Virus record (IMG/VR): IMGVR_UViG_3300027896_000014
Span: 32,001-96,000 of that record
Reading direction: 5' to 3' (one strand)
Origin: a virus
DNA length: 64,000 nucleotides
Part shown: piece by piece, positions 21,163 to 29,028 of the stretch
Layout: each line of letters starts with the position of its first letter
Numbering within the stretch: the stretch's first letter is position 1
Program-made: the position numbers and the translations under genes
Notes under the pieces: generated by a model
The model's input: only the letters and a program-made list of their open reading frames with translations
Told to the model about the DNA's origin: nothing
Databases searched by the model: none

Positions 21163-22422
21163 ATGGTAGACCTCTCAAAACTTAACGCTCTTGTGATCGG
21201 ATACGGAGTGTTCGAAGTCTTCATGGCTCAAAAACTGGCCGAAGAGTTCAAGACGGTCAGGCTTTATACGCCTTGCGAAGAGTCTTTCCCTCTTCTGGAA
21301 AAGCAAACTATTGGGGAAGGTGTGCCGGGTGTTACCAGGGTCGATAACTACGAAGACTACAAGGAAGATACCGACCTTTTTTGCTTTTTCGATTACGGTT
21401 TTGCCAGCAAGCAGGAAGAGCTTAGAAAGGCGGGGAAGCGTGTCTTCGGTGCAGGGAACAGCGAAATACTTGAGATGGATCGGATACTGTTTGCCAAGAC
21501 ATTAGCCAACGTTGGACTTCCCGTCTTCAAATATCGCGTCGTAAAAGGTGTGGATGCCCTGACGGATGTGCTGAAAAAGGAAAAAGATTTGTGGGTGAAA
21601 CTGCCAAACAAGGCAAGGGGAATCCGGGAAACCTTTCATCATTCGGAATGGAAAAACTCGATAACAAAGGTTGACGAACTTGCCCATAAGCTCGGTGGGT
21701 ATCGGGACAGCCTTCAGTTCATGGTAGTAGACCCGATACCGGGGATCGAAGCGGGATGTGAGAAGTTTCTCTCAAATGGAGATTACCCTGAGATAGCACT
21801 CTGGGGACCAGAACTCAAGGGAGCCGGATACATTGGAAAAGTAATGGCCATGGCTGACATGCCGAAGGCTCTCAAAAAAGTAGATGACGAAATGGCGAAA
21901 ATTTGGAAGAAGTATAAGGTCTGCGGCCACATTTCTTCTGAAGTCAGGGTAGGCAAAGACAGGAAACCTTATTTTACGGACCCCTGCCAGCGCTTCCCTT
22001 CGCCTCCTGGAGAAGCCGTCTGCGAGGCGTACAAGAACATCTCTCAACTCATCTGGCAAGTGGCAGGGGGAGAGCCTATAAAACCCGAACCCGCTGCTAA
22101 GTATGTAGCTGAGGTCTGTATCTACAGCCCGATAGGAAAAACAGAGTGGGTGCCTGTGAACTTCCCAGAGAAGGAATTTAAAAGGCTGAAATTCCGCCGA
22201 TTGTGTCGCATCGAAGGACAGTATTATTGCCTACCAGACAAGGATGCAGGCGATCGCATCGCTGCCTCCGTAGGTCTTGGCGAAACGAAAGAGGAAGCGG
22301 AGTTCGAGGCAATGGAAGGTTGTGAACAACTAAGGTCAGAGTCCAAAGATTACGACAAGGCAGTTTTTAAAGAGATCGATGAGGTAATGGAGGAGGCGGA
22401 ATCTTACGGGGTGACGTTCTGA
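21163..22422 (+). CDS. ATP-grasp enzyme distantly related to PurD (GAR synthetase)
   Basis: LRKAGKRVFGAG...ILEMDR..F...L..VGLP, WVK, PIPGIEAG and YFTDPCQRFPSPP; likely start ATG 21163. Confidence 0.7.
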   Translation: MVDLSKLNALVIGYGVFEVFMAQKLAEEFKTVRLYTPCEESFPLLEKQTIGEGVPGVTRVDNYEDYKEDTDLFCFFDYGFASKQEELRKAGKRVFGAGNSEILEMDRILFAKTLANVGLPVFKYRVVKGVDALTDVLKKEKDLWVKLPNKARGIRETFHHSEWKNSITKVDELAHKLGGYRDSLQFMVVDPIPGIEAGCEKFLSNGDYPEIALWGPELKGAGYIGKVMAMADMPKALKKVDDEMAKIWKKYKVCGHISSEVRVGKDRKPYFTDPCQRFPSPPGEAVCEAYKNISQLIWQVAGGEPIKPEPAAKYVAEVCIYSPIGKTEWVPVNFPEKEFKRLKFRRLCRIEGQYYCLPDKDAGDRIAASVGLGETKEEAEFEAMEGCEQLRSESKDYDKAVFKEIDEVMEEAESYGVTF

Positions 22423-22565
22423 TGGCACAAACAACCATTCCGAGAAATGATCCAAAAGCGGTGAAGAAGTGGGCCGGCGATAGGGAACTTTCCTACGATG
22501 TGCTACGGCAAGCTCAAGAACATCCGCCCAAGAGAAAGAAATTTAAAAGGAGAAGAAAACCATGA
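22422..22565 (+). CDS. 47-aa protein: capsid N-terminus-like peptide plus a basic tail
   Basis: Fills the gap exactly (TGATG and ATGA overlaps); MAQTTIPRNDPKAVKKWAGDRELSYDVLRQAQEHPPKRKKFKRRRKP. Confidence 0.65.
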   Translation: MAQTTIPRNDPKAVKKWAGDRELSYDVLRQAQEHPPKRKKFKRRRKP

Positions 22566-23812
22566 AAAAGTTTTTGATTGCTCTATTGCTTATCTTGATT
22601 CTCGGTGCTGTTCAATATTCTCAAAGTCAAACTACGTATTATCAATCGATTCAGTTTAGGCGGGACACTGCTCAAAATTGGACGAACACAAATCCCGTAC
22701 CTCTTCAAGGGGAGCCTTGTTTTGAATGGGATTCAGGTCGCCTCAAGATTGGCGACGGTCTTTCTCACTGGACGGCACTCCCTTATCAGCCGCCCCCCGC
22801 CGCCTATCCGCCTATTTCATGGGGGCAAATCACGGGGTCAGTATCCAATCAAACAGATCTCTACAATAACTATCTTTCCACCTATGTTCCGATGAACAAT
22901 CCAACATTTACGGGGAAAGTTACGACGCAACCTTCTTCAACGTATAGTGCAGGTATAAGTATTCCCCAGGGGACCGCTCCTACTACTCCTTCAAATGGCG
23001 ATGTATGGACCACAGCGAATGGTCTATACGTTCAAATTAATGGAGTTACAATGGGTCCTTTTGCCATTGGACAACCGGTTAGCAATCCGTCCTGGTTTAA
23101 AAATTTGGTTATTAAAACACCAGCGACCACTCAGTTAACAGTCACCGCCGATGCCGTTGGTTTGCTCAATCCATCTAACAATGCCGCTACCACGATATTG
23201 GGCATCGCTGTAAGTATAACCATTACAAATGTTGGGCCGAACGGACTTGACACAGGAACTCTTTCGGCTTCATCGTGGTATAGTGTGTGGGTAATTTATA
23301 ATCCAACAACCCAAACCGCCGCAGGCTTGATCTCTATTAACACCGGATCTCCAAACCTACCGATTGGGTATACTTATTGTGCAAGGCTTGGTTGGGTTAG
23401 AACCAGTGCAAGTAGCACTTTGGTTCCGACCACCCAATATGGCCGCAGAGTTCAATACGTCAATGGCGGGTCAGGTCTTCCCCTGATGGATAGCGGGCTT
23501 AAAGGAAGTATAACCACTCCTACGTGGGTAGCCGTAGCCACAGGAACTTTTGTCCCTCCCACCGCTTATCGGATTACTGTTTTACCTTACGAGTATGCTG
23601 GTTGGGGCATTGCCGTGTGTCCGAATAGTAGTTATGGTGCATATACCAGTACGACAAATCCACCTTTTGCCGTTATAGACTGGCCAAGCATTAGTGCTGT
23701 TAATGCCGCCGGAACGCCCATAGAAATGACTCTTGAAAGCTCGAATATTTATTGGGCAAGCGGAACGGCTACAAGTTACCTTTATTGTATCGGTTTTGAG
23801 GACAATCTTTAA
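22562..23812 (+). CDS. Tail fibre/receptor-binding protein (Mtd_N/hyaluronidase-N-like domain) with signal peptide
   Basis: IQFRRDTA.NW...NPV..QGE..FE.D.GRLKIGDG..HW..LPY; G.NGLDTG.L.AS.WY.VW; N-terminus MKKFLIALLLILILGAVQYSQS. Confidence 0.8.
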   Translation: MKKFLIALLLILILGAVQYSQSQTTYYQSIQFRRDTAQNWTNTNPVPLQGEPCFEWDSGRLKIGDGLSHWTALPYQPPPAAYPPISWGQITGSVSNQTDLYNNYLSTYVPMNNPTFTGKVTTQPSSTYSAGISIPQGTAPTTPSNGDVWTTANGLYVQINGVTMGPFAIGQPVSNPSWFKNLVIKTPATTQLTVTADAVGLLNPSNNAATTILGIAVSITITNVGPNGLDTGTLSASSWYSVWVIYNPTTQTAAGLISINTGSPNLPIGYTYCARLGWVRTSASSTLVPTTQYGRRVQYVNGGSGLPLMDSGLKGSITTPTWVAVATGTFVPPTAYRITVLPYEYAGWGIAVCPNSSYGAYTSTTNPPFAVIDWPSISAVNAAGTPIEMTLESSNIYWASGTATSYLYCIGFEDNL

Positions 23813-23824
23813 AAGGAGGAAATC

Positions 23825-24151
23825 ATGAAAAAATTCTTACTGGTCTTAATTTTGGTTTTGGGCTTTTCTCTTTCGGCTTTTGCGGCCAAGGAAAGTGTCA
23901 CCTGAGACAACACATCCGGCGGAGTTCCGCTGACAGTCACCACTTATGGAGCTGCGCAAACTGCCTTTATAAGCGTAGAACAGGCTGAGATAAGGTTCAC
24001 CCTCGATGGGAGTGATCCCTCTGTGAATGGGCATCTTCTTGAGCCTGGTATGTGGCTTTCTCTTACCAAGGCCGAACAGATTTGGGGTTTTAGGTGCAAC
24101 CGTACCGGAGGGGCGAGTGGCATCATTAAGTCAGAATATTTTAAAAACTAA
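23825..24151 (+). CDS. 108-aa exported beta-sandwich protein with in-frame TGA at codon 27 (candidate selenoprotein)
   Basis: RBS AAGGAGG; MKKFLLVLILVLGFSLSAFAAKESVT-TGA-DNTSGG...IRFTLDGSDP...GHLL...FRCNRTGG...YFKN-TAA; the frame stays open for 81 codons after the TGA; SECIS-like hairpin. Confidence 0.7.
23906..23938 (+). promoter_or_regulatory. Candidate bacterial SECIS element
   Basis: CGGCGG-AGUU-CCGCUG stem-loop; loop begins 17 nt after UGA; lower GAC/GUC pairing. Confidence 0.6.
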
Positions 24152-24175
24152 AACTTTTTAAAGGAGGGAATAGTT

Positions 24176-24931
24176 ATGAAAAAGAAATTGATTGCTGTTT
24201 TACTTGGAGCGCTTTTCCTTGGGGTCCTTGCTTCCCCATGCTTCTCTCAAAGCATCGGCGGATTTGGAATGGTGCCCGTCACGGGTAGATTGCTCAAAGT
24301 AACGGTTCTGACTTCTGGCACCAGCTTTGTCGCCCAGACCTGGACTACCCAACTCGTCGTTGAAGTTGTGGCTGCTGGCGGTGGTGGCGGTGGTGTTAGC
24401 GGGACTGCTTCAAACGCAGCATGCGGAGGCGGCGGCGGTTCCGGTGGGTATGCCCTTAAATATTTTACAGGAGTAAGCGGGGGCGCAACCTATACCTATG
24501 CAATTGGAGCTGGAGGTACGGCTGGGGCGAACACGGGAGGCACAGGGGGGACAGGAGGCAATACGACCTTCACGGGACCTGGTGCAGTTCTTATCACAGC
24601 CAATGGAGGGCTTGGCGGAGTTGGCATAGTCTACAATACTACGGCTGCGGTCGTCGCTGGTGGAGCAGGCGGAGCGGTAAGCACAAACGGAGACCTCAAT
24701 GCTGGTGGCACGGGCGGAGAATTCGCCAAGCGTGATTCTGGAACTTTGGCCGTCAGTGGCGGCGGAGCGGCAAGCATCTTCGGAGGCGGTGGAGTTGGGT
24801 TGACCGCACAGGGGAACGGAACTAATGCGACCGGATATGGAGCCGGTGCTGGTGGGGCTTTGTCCACTGCTGCTGCCTATACTGGTGGAGTCGGAGCTGG
24901 TGGCGTAATAATCGTCTGGGAATTTTCATAA
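24176..24931 (+). CDS. Glycine-rich fibre-tip-like protein with signal peptide
   Basis: VEVVAAGGGGGG...GGGGSGGYA...YTYAIGAGG...GAGGVIIVWEF (glycine-rich domain typical of phage fibres); N-terminus MKKKLIAVLLGALFLGVLASPCFS. Confidence 0.75.
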   Translation: MKKKLIAVLLGALFLGVLASPCFSQSIGGFGMVPVTGRLLKVTVLTSGTSFVAQTWTTQLVVEVVAAGGGGGGVSGTASNAACGGGGGSGGYALKYFTGVSGGATYTYAIGAGGTAGANTGGTGGTGGNTTFTGPGAVLITANGGLGGVGIVYNTTAAVVAGGAGGAVSTNGDLNAGGTGGEFAKRDSGTLAVSGGGAASIFGGGGVGLTAQGNGTNATGYGAGAGGALSTAAAYTGGVGAGGVIIVWEFS

Positions 24932-24943
24932 TAGAGGAGAACT

Positions 24944-25207
24944 GTGATGCCCTCAATGATTGATCAAAGAGATTTTGAGAAAATAAGTGACCCGAACACA
25001 AAGTTAAATATTCTTTTTGATTACACAGCTAATGTCTATACTCTTCTTTGTAAAAAAGATATTGACTGCGAGAATAGATTAATGAGTTGCAATGGAAGGT
25101 TTAAAACTCTGGAAAATAGAAAGAAGCTCGATATGACTGTGAGCGGGGTATTTGGATTAATCGGAGGTTTCATTTCGGGATTGGCAAAAACGGTATTTCG
25201 CTTTTAA
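24944..25207 (+). CDS. Small membrane protein with a C-terminal TM segment (holin/XhlA-like)
   Basis: Helical N-terminus, hydrophobic C-terminus, start of the lysis cluster. Confidence 0.5.
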   Translation: MMPSMIDQRDFEKISDPNTKLNILFDYTANVYTLLCKKDIDCENRLMSCNGRFKTLENRKKLDMTVSGVFGLIGGFISGLAKTVFRF

Positions 25208-25223
25208 AGATGGACAAGAAATA

Positions 25224-25616
25224 ATGGACCTTCAACTTGTAAGAAAACAAAAGACCGCTCAATCAACGATGGGTGATCTTGCCGTTAACACCCTTCATGA
25301 ATGCTTTACCTTTGAGCCTCCTAAACCCATCCCTGCTGGTATTTATTTGATAGAATTTTATATGTCCCCTGAACATGACTATTTAGTCCCTCTATTGAAG
25401 GACGTTCCAGGTCACACCTACATAGAGATTCATGTCGGGAATTTCCCGAAGGATACCAAAGACTGTATTCTTGTAGGTCAGAATCGCTCTCCCGATGAGG
25501 TAGGGAATTCCTTACAGGCTTTTATCCATCTTATGCTCAAGCACTTAATTCCCGCAGTTTGGTTTAGGAAAGAACTTTTGAGGATTATTATCACGGAGGA
25601 CTTTCAGGAGAATTAA
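25224..25616 (+). CDS. DUF5675-family putative endolysin
   Basis: ST.G.L...C.T.E...IPAG.Y...VPG.TYIEIHVGN.PKDT..CILVG. Confidence 0.8.
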   Translation: MDLQLVRKQKTAQSTMGDLAVNTLHECFTFEPPKPIPAGIYLIEFYMSPEHDYLVPLLKDVPGHTYIEIHVGNFPKDTKDCILVGQNRSPDEVGNSLQAFIHLMLKHLIPAVWFRKELLRIIITEDFQEN

Positions 25617-25617
25617 G

Positions 25618-25914
25618 ATGATAATTTTTTTCTGGAGAAAACTATTTCAAATCTTAGAGGACATCCAAAGAAAGGAGGTGATTATAATGGGTGCATTAGA
25701 AGATCTACAGGCAAAGGTACAGGCTCTCAAGGACTTGGTTGCGACTATTAACACTTCTGTTACAGGAGAGATCGCAAGGGTTGAGGCGATTATTCTTAAT
25801 CTCCAGACAGGAAGTGTTTCTGCCGCAGATGTAGAAAAGGCCGCCACCGATCTTCAGGGTGTGGTCGATAACCTGAAGACGGTTGGAACGACACTGGATG
25901 CGGAAAGACCCTAA
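25618..25914 (+). CDS. Coiled-coil protein of the lysis region
   Basis: Heptad pattern; internal RBS/ATG at 25687. Confidence 0.55.
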   Translation: MIIFFWRKLFQILEDIQRKEVIIMGALEDLQAKVQALKDLVATINTSVTGEIARVEAIILNLQTGSVSAADVEKAATDLQGVVDNLKTVGTTLDAERP

Positions 25915-25975
25915 TAACCTTTTCCCCGATTCCCCAGCGGGTAGTCTGGGGAAAAACTTATAGGAGGTGAGTTAA

Positions 25976-26158
25976 ATGTTAGGAAAAAACTGGAAGACTT
26001 CTTTGTTTGGTTTGTTAGGCGCCGTTTGCATCGCCATCTATCCAATCCTTCAGTCGGGCAAGGTTGACCCTCACGCATTGATCATGGCGATAGCGGTTGC
26101 GGTAATAGGTTTTCTTGCAAAGGACTTCAATGTGACTGGAGGGACAATAAGGCAGTAA
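25976..26158 (+). CDS. Holin (2 TM)
   Basis: KNWKTSLFG...AKD.NVTGG with two hydrophobic segments. Confidence 0.8.
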   Translation: MLGKNWKTSLFGLLGAVCIAIYPILQSGKVDPHALIMAIAVAVIGFLAKDFNVTGGTIRQ

Positions 26159-26171
26159 AGAGAGGAGTAAA

Positions 26172-26342
26172 ATGTATTGTCCATGCGGAAAGGAACTTAC
26201 CTTAACATCATTGAATCCATGGGTGACTTTTACAACAGATAATTGGGGTAAAATCATATCTGGTACTTGAATCCACGGAAAATATTTCCCTCCAGTTAAG
26301 GAGGATAAACCATTTCAGGATTATTTTAAGGAGGTAAGATAA
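26172..26342 (+). CDS. 56-aa CxC...UxH putative metal-binding protein with in-frame TGA at codon 33 (candidate selenoprotein)
   Basis: RBS AGAGGAG; MYCPCGKEL...IISGT-TGA-IHGKYFPPVKEDKPFQDYFKEVR-TAA, ending 1 nt before the next ATG; SECIS-like hairpin. Confidence 0.6.
26283..26307 (+). promoter_or_regulatory. Candidate bacterial SECIS element
   Basis: CCUCC-AGUUAA-GGAGG; loop begins 23 nt after UGA; UAU/AUA lower stem beyond a bulge. Confidence 0.5.
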
Positions 26343-26343
26343 A

Positions 26344-26787
26344 ATGAAAAAGCTTATCATATTATCATTTCTTTTTCTGTTTCTAATGGGTTGCGCAACA
26401 TATCAGACCGCTATTACCAAGATCACGGTAATGGATCAGCAAAATGCTGCCACGACCCGAATTGCGGCCAAAGAGATTGCTTCGACATGGCCTCTCAATT
26501 CAAGCGCCCTCACTGTCGTGCTTAAAAAGTTCACTACATTGCTGCCCTGTGCTTGCAGTGATGATATCAAGACTTTGGACAGCATCGCAGCCAAATGCGT
26601 CAAAAAGGATGCGAATGGGCTTCCCACCTGTGAGGAGCTTACGGACCAGGACATGGGCCAAGTAGTTGTCCTGTGGGGATGGGTATGGGGTAGCATCGTA
26701 AAAAGCGGAGCCGATCAGATTATGCAGACCTTCTTCCCAGCGGTGTTAGCTAAGATCCTCCCTTACGTAACTGCGTTGGGTTTATAG
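26344..26787 (+). CDS. Lipoprotein (possible spanin component)
   Basis: Lipobox MKKLIILSFLFLFLMG-C; Cys-rich; hydrophobic C-terminal part; lies in the lysis cluster. Confidence 0.65.
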   Translation: MKKLIILSFLFLFLMGCATYQTAITKITVMDQQNAATTRIAAKEIASTWPLNSSALTVVLKKFTTLLPCACSDDIKTLDSIAAKCVKKDANGLPTCEELTDQDMGQVVVLWGWVWGSIVKSGADQIMQTFFPAVLAKILPYVTALGL

Positions 26788-26876
26788 GCAGAACTACGTA
26801 ACTCATTGATTCATGGTGCATGGTTTGATATTGGCGGGAGTGAGAAGTCTTGTTGTAGAGCATCCTGAAGAGGTAT

Positions 26877-27578
26877 TTGACTTTGGAAATAGACGACAGA
26901 CTATTTGCTATCGAGGAGGAAATAATATGGGGCCTCCTCGATGGATTTTTGAAGAACGCCAAAAGAATCCCGTGGGGTCCAACGAGCAAGGCAGTGGTTT
27001 TCTCCGATCAGCACAGGGGGGATAAGAGTGTTGCGGACCAGTTCCTCAAGAATGAGGACTTACACAATCAGGTGCGTCAATCCTTCCGTCAGGATGGATA
27101 CCTTCTTATAGACAATGGCGACCTCGATGATTTATGGGAATTTGGAGACGCCCCGTACAAATACTACGGGAACTTGCACTCTGACATCAGGACACGTGGG
27201 AATCATGATAATAAACGGAGAGACCTTCCAGAGGTCGTGGTATTAGACTCTGACCCTCCTATCCTCATAACACATGGGCACAAGGGTGATCCGGTCGATG
27301 ACCAGCTTTCCTTTATAGGGGAGGCAGCGGTTCATATTTGGAGGTTAGTTGATAATCTGGGTATTCCGAATCCTTTTGGCGCGGGGTCCACAAGGCATGA
27401 GGACATAAAGGAAATAATGAAGAGATGGTCAAATGCGAGATCAGTTCCTTTGGTTACAGGCCATATCCACTATGCAGAGATTGACGGGATGTATAAGAAT
27501 TCGGGATTTTGGAAAGGAGTAGGCGGTCAGGCCATTATAATTGAAGGAAATGAATTTAAATTGGGGAGTTGGCAATGA
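26877..27578 (+). CDS. Calcineurin-like metallophosphoesterase
   Basis: SDQH, GD.DD, GNHD, THGH and GHIH motifs. Confidence 0.85.
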   Translation: MTLEIDDRLFAIEEEIIWGLLDGFLKNAKRIPWGPTSKAVVFSDQHRGDKSVADQFLKNEDLHNQVRQSFRQDGYLLIDNGDLDDLWEFGDAPYKYYGNLHSDIRTRGNHDNKRRDLPEVVVLDSDPPILITHGHKGDPVDDQLSFIGEAAVHIWRLVDNLGIPNPFGAGSTRHEDIKEIMKRWSNARSVPLVTGHIHYAEIDGMYKNSGFWKGVGGQAIIIEGNEFKLGSWQ

Positions 27579-28360
27579 AAAGAAAATACTTATTAAGAAG
27601 GGACAGACCGGATGAAAGGGATTTTCATTCTATGCTATTTCCGCACGAGGAGGTAACAATTCCAACATTCGTGAACCTTCGGAAGTACACCCCTAAAGCA
27701 TTTGACCAGGGCCAGTGGGGAAGTTGCACAGCAAATGCAGGTGTCAGGGCAAGGATCGTTCTGTCCTTATCTGGAGGGAAGCTTGGCATCAGGATCATGC
27801 TCTCCAGAATGGGTCTCTACAAAGAAGAGAAGATCATCGAGGGGGCGCCATTGAGCGAGGACTCCGGTGCCGAGATGAGGGATATTGGAAAGGCCCTTAC
27901 TACGGTCGGAGTGGCCCCCGAATCAGATGACCCCTATACTGATGCCAACTTTGCTACACCGCTTACTTTCCAAGAGAAGACGGACGCTGCAAAATACAGG
28001 GCTAAGTTTTATCAGAGAGTGATCGGGATCACCCAGATCAAACAGTATATCGCTCTCCACCAACAGGGGGTATTGATCGGGATGGATGTCTATGAGAGCA
28101 TGGAAGGGGACCAAGTGGCCAAGGACGGGATACTCCCCATGCCAGGGAAAGGGGAATCTTTATTAGGTGGCCATGCGCTCTACGTAGAGGGTTATGACGA
28201 CAATATGATATATCCTCTATGGCAGAAACAGGGATTAAAGCCTGGGGGCCTGATTATTGCAAATTCCTGGGGAATTTCTTGGGCTGACAAGGGGTATTTC
28301 TTTATGAATTACAAATATGTAAATGATGGTTTGGCTTACGATTCTTGGATTATCCAATAA
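27575..28360 (+). CDS. Papain-like C1 cysteine peptidase
   Basis: DQGQWGSCTANA, GGHA...GYDD and NSWG..W..KGYF. Confidence 0.9.
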   Translation: MKRKYLLRRDRPDERDFHSMLFPHEEVTIPTFVNLRKYTPKAFDQGQWGSCTANAGVRARIVLSLSGGKLGIRIMLSRMGLYKEEKIIEGAPLSEDSGAEMRDIGKALTTVGVAPESDDPYTDANFATPLTFQEKTDAAKYRAKFYQRVIGITQIKQYIALHQQGVLIGMDVYESMEGDQVAKDGILPMPGKGESLLGGHALYVEGYDDNMIYPLWQKQGLKPGGLIIANSWGISWADKGYFFMNYKYVNDGLAYDSWIIQ

Positions 28361-28373
28361 AAACGGGTTGACC

Positions 28374-28505
28374 TCATTCCTTCTCCCTCAAAAACTTTCT
28401 AATGAATTTTACATAACCATTTCTATAATCACATTTTGCACAGTGAACAAGGTTGTTATCTGGATAATATTTCAATTTTCCTATTTTGCATTTAGGGCAT
28501 CTCAT
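28374..28505 (-). CDS. 43-aa zinc-ribbon protein
   Basis: MRCPKC...HCAKC; RBS-like GGGGAAAG upstream. Confidence 0.6.
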   Translation of the reverse strand: MRCPKCKIGKLKYYPDNNLVHCAKCDYRNGYVKFIRKFLREKE

Positions 28506-28758
28506 CTTTCCCCTCTTTCTCCTTCATCCCAAATTCTTTCGGTGTTGCGGGAAGATAGTCTGCTTTAAATCCTAATGATTCTTGGGTGTTTGGAATAGTT
28601 TCAACATTCACCAGAAAATCCAATTTGCAATAGTTTGATTTAATCCTACAAACCTTCCTTTCTGGAAGTTCTTTCTTAAACTCTTGGAGTCCAAGATATA
28701 ATTCTTTTACTGTCTGTTCGGTTAATTCTAAAGTTCCATAAATAATATCAAATTTCAT
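28492..28758 (-). CDS. Hypothetical protein
   Basis: RBS GGAGG; colinear in the early operon. Confidence 0.55.
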   Translation of the reverse strand: MKFDIIYGTLELTEQTVKELYLGLQEFKKELPERKVCRIKSNYCKLDFLVNVETIPNTQESLGFKADYLPATPKEFGMKEKEGKDEMP

Positions 28759-28768
28759 CTTTCCCTCC

Positions 28769-28891
28769 CTACTTATTAAATTCTACATACCCACATTTTA
28801 CACATAAGAAATAATAAGCCATAATCTCAAAATTGATTTCTTGGATAAGAACACTAAACCCACATTTAGGACAGGATTTGATAACCGACAC
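28769..28891 (-). CDS. 40-aa zinc-ribbon protein
   Basis: GTG start with AAGGAGG; SCPKC...LCVKC. Confidence 0.6.
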   Translation of the reverse strand: MSVIKSCPKCGFSVLIQEINFEIMAYYFLCVKCGYVEFNK

Positions 28892-28903
28892 TTTCCCCTC
28901 CTT

Positions 28904-28980
28904 AGACGGCCAATGAGCAGGGAATTTCACCCTAACCGTTTCCTGGTTATTTAAAACCAGTTCCCCCCCATTGGCCGCCT
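28904..28980 (-). ncRNA. Structured intergenic RNA candidate (multi-stem junction with a T-loop-like hairpin)
   Basis: 14-bp closing stem AGGCGGCCAAUGGG/CUCAUUGGCCGUCU; inner hairpins CUGGUU/AACCAG and AGGG-UGAAAUU-CCCU. Confidence 0.5.
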
Positions 28981-29028
28981 CACTTCAATTTCCTAATAAA
29001 CACCAGCTCCCCATTCATATCTAAAAAT

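Noticed and set aside
21163-22422. Assigning the symbol purD
   Set aside because: The similarity is fold-level only and the context is virion genes.
28904-28980. tRNA-Sec, suppressor tRNA or FMN/cobalamin riboswitch
   Set aside because: No UCA anticodon, D-arm or CCA; only a T-loop-like hairpin matches the riboswitches.
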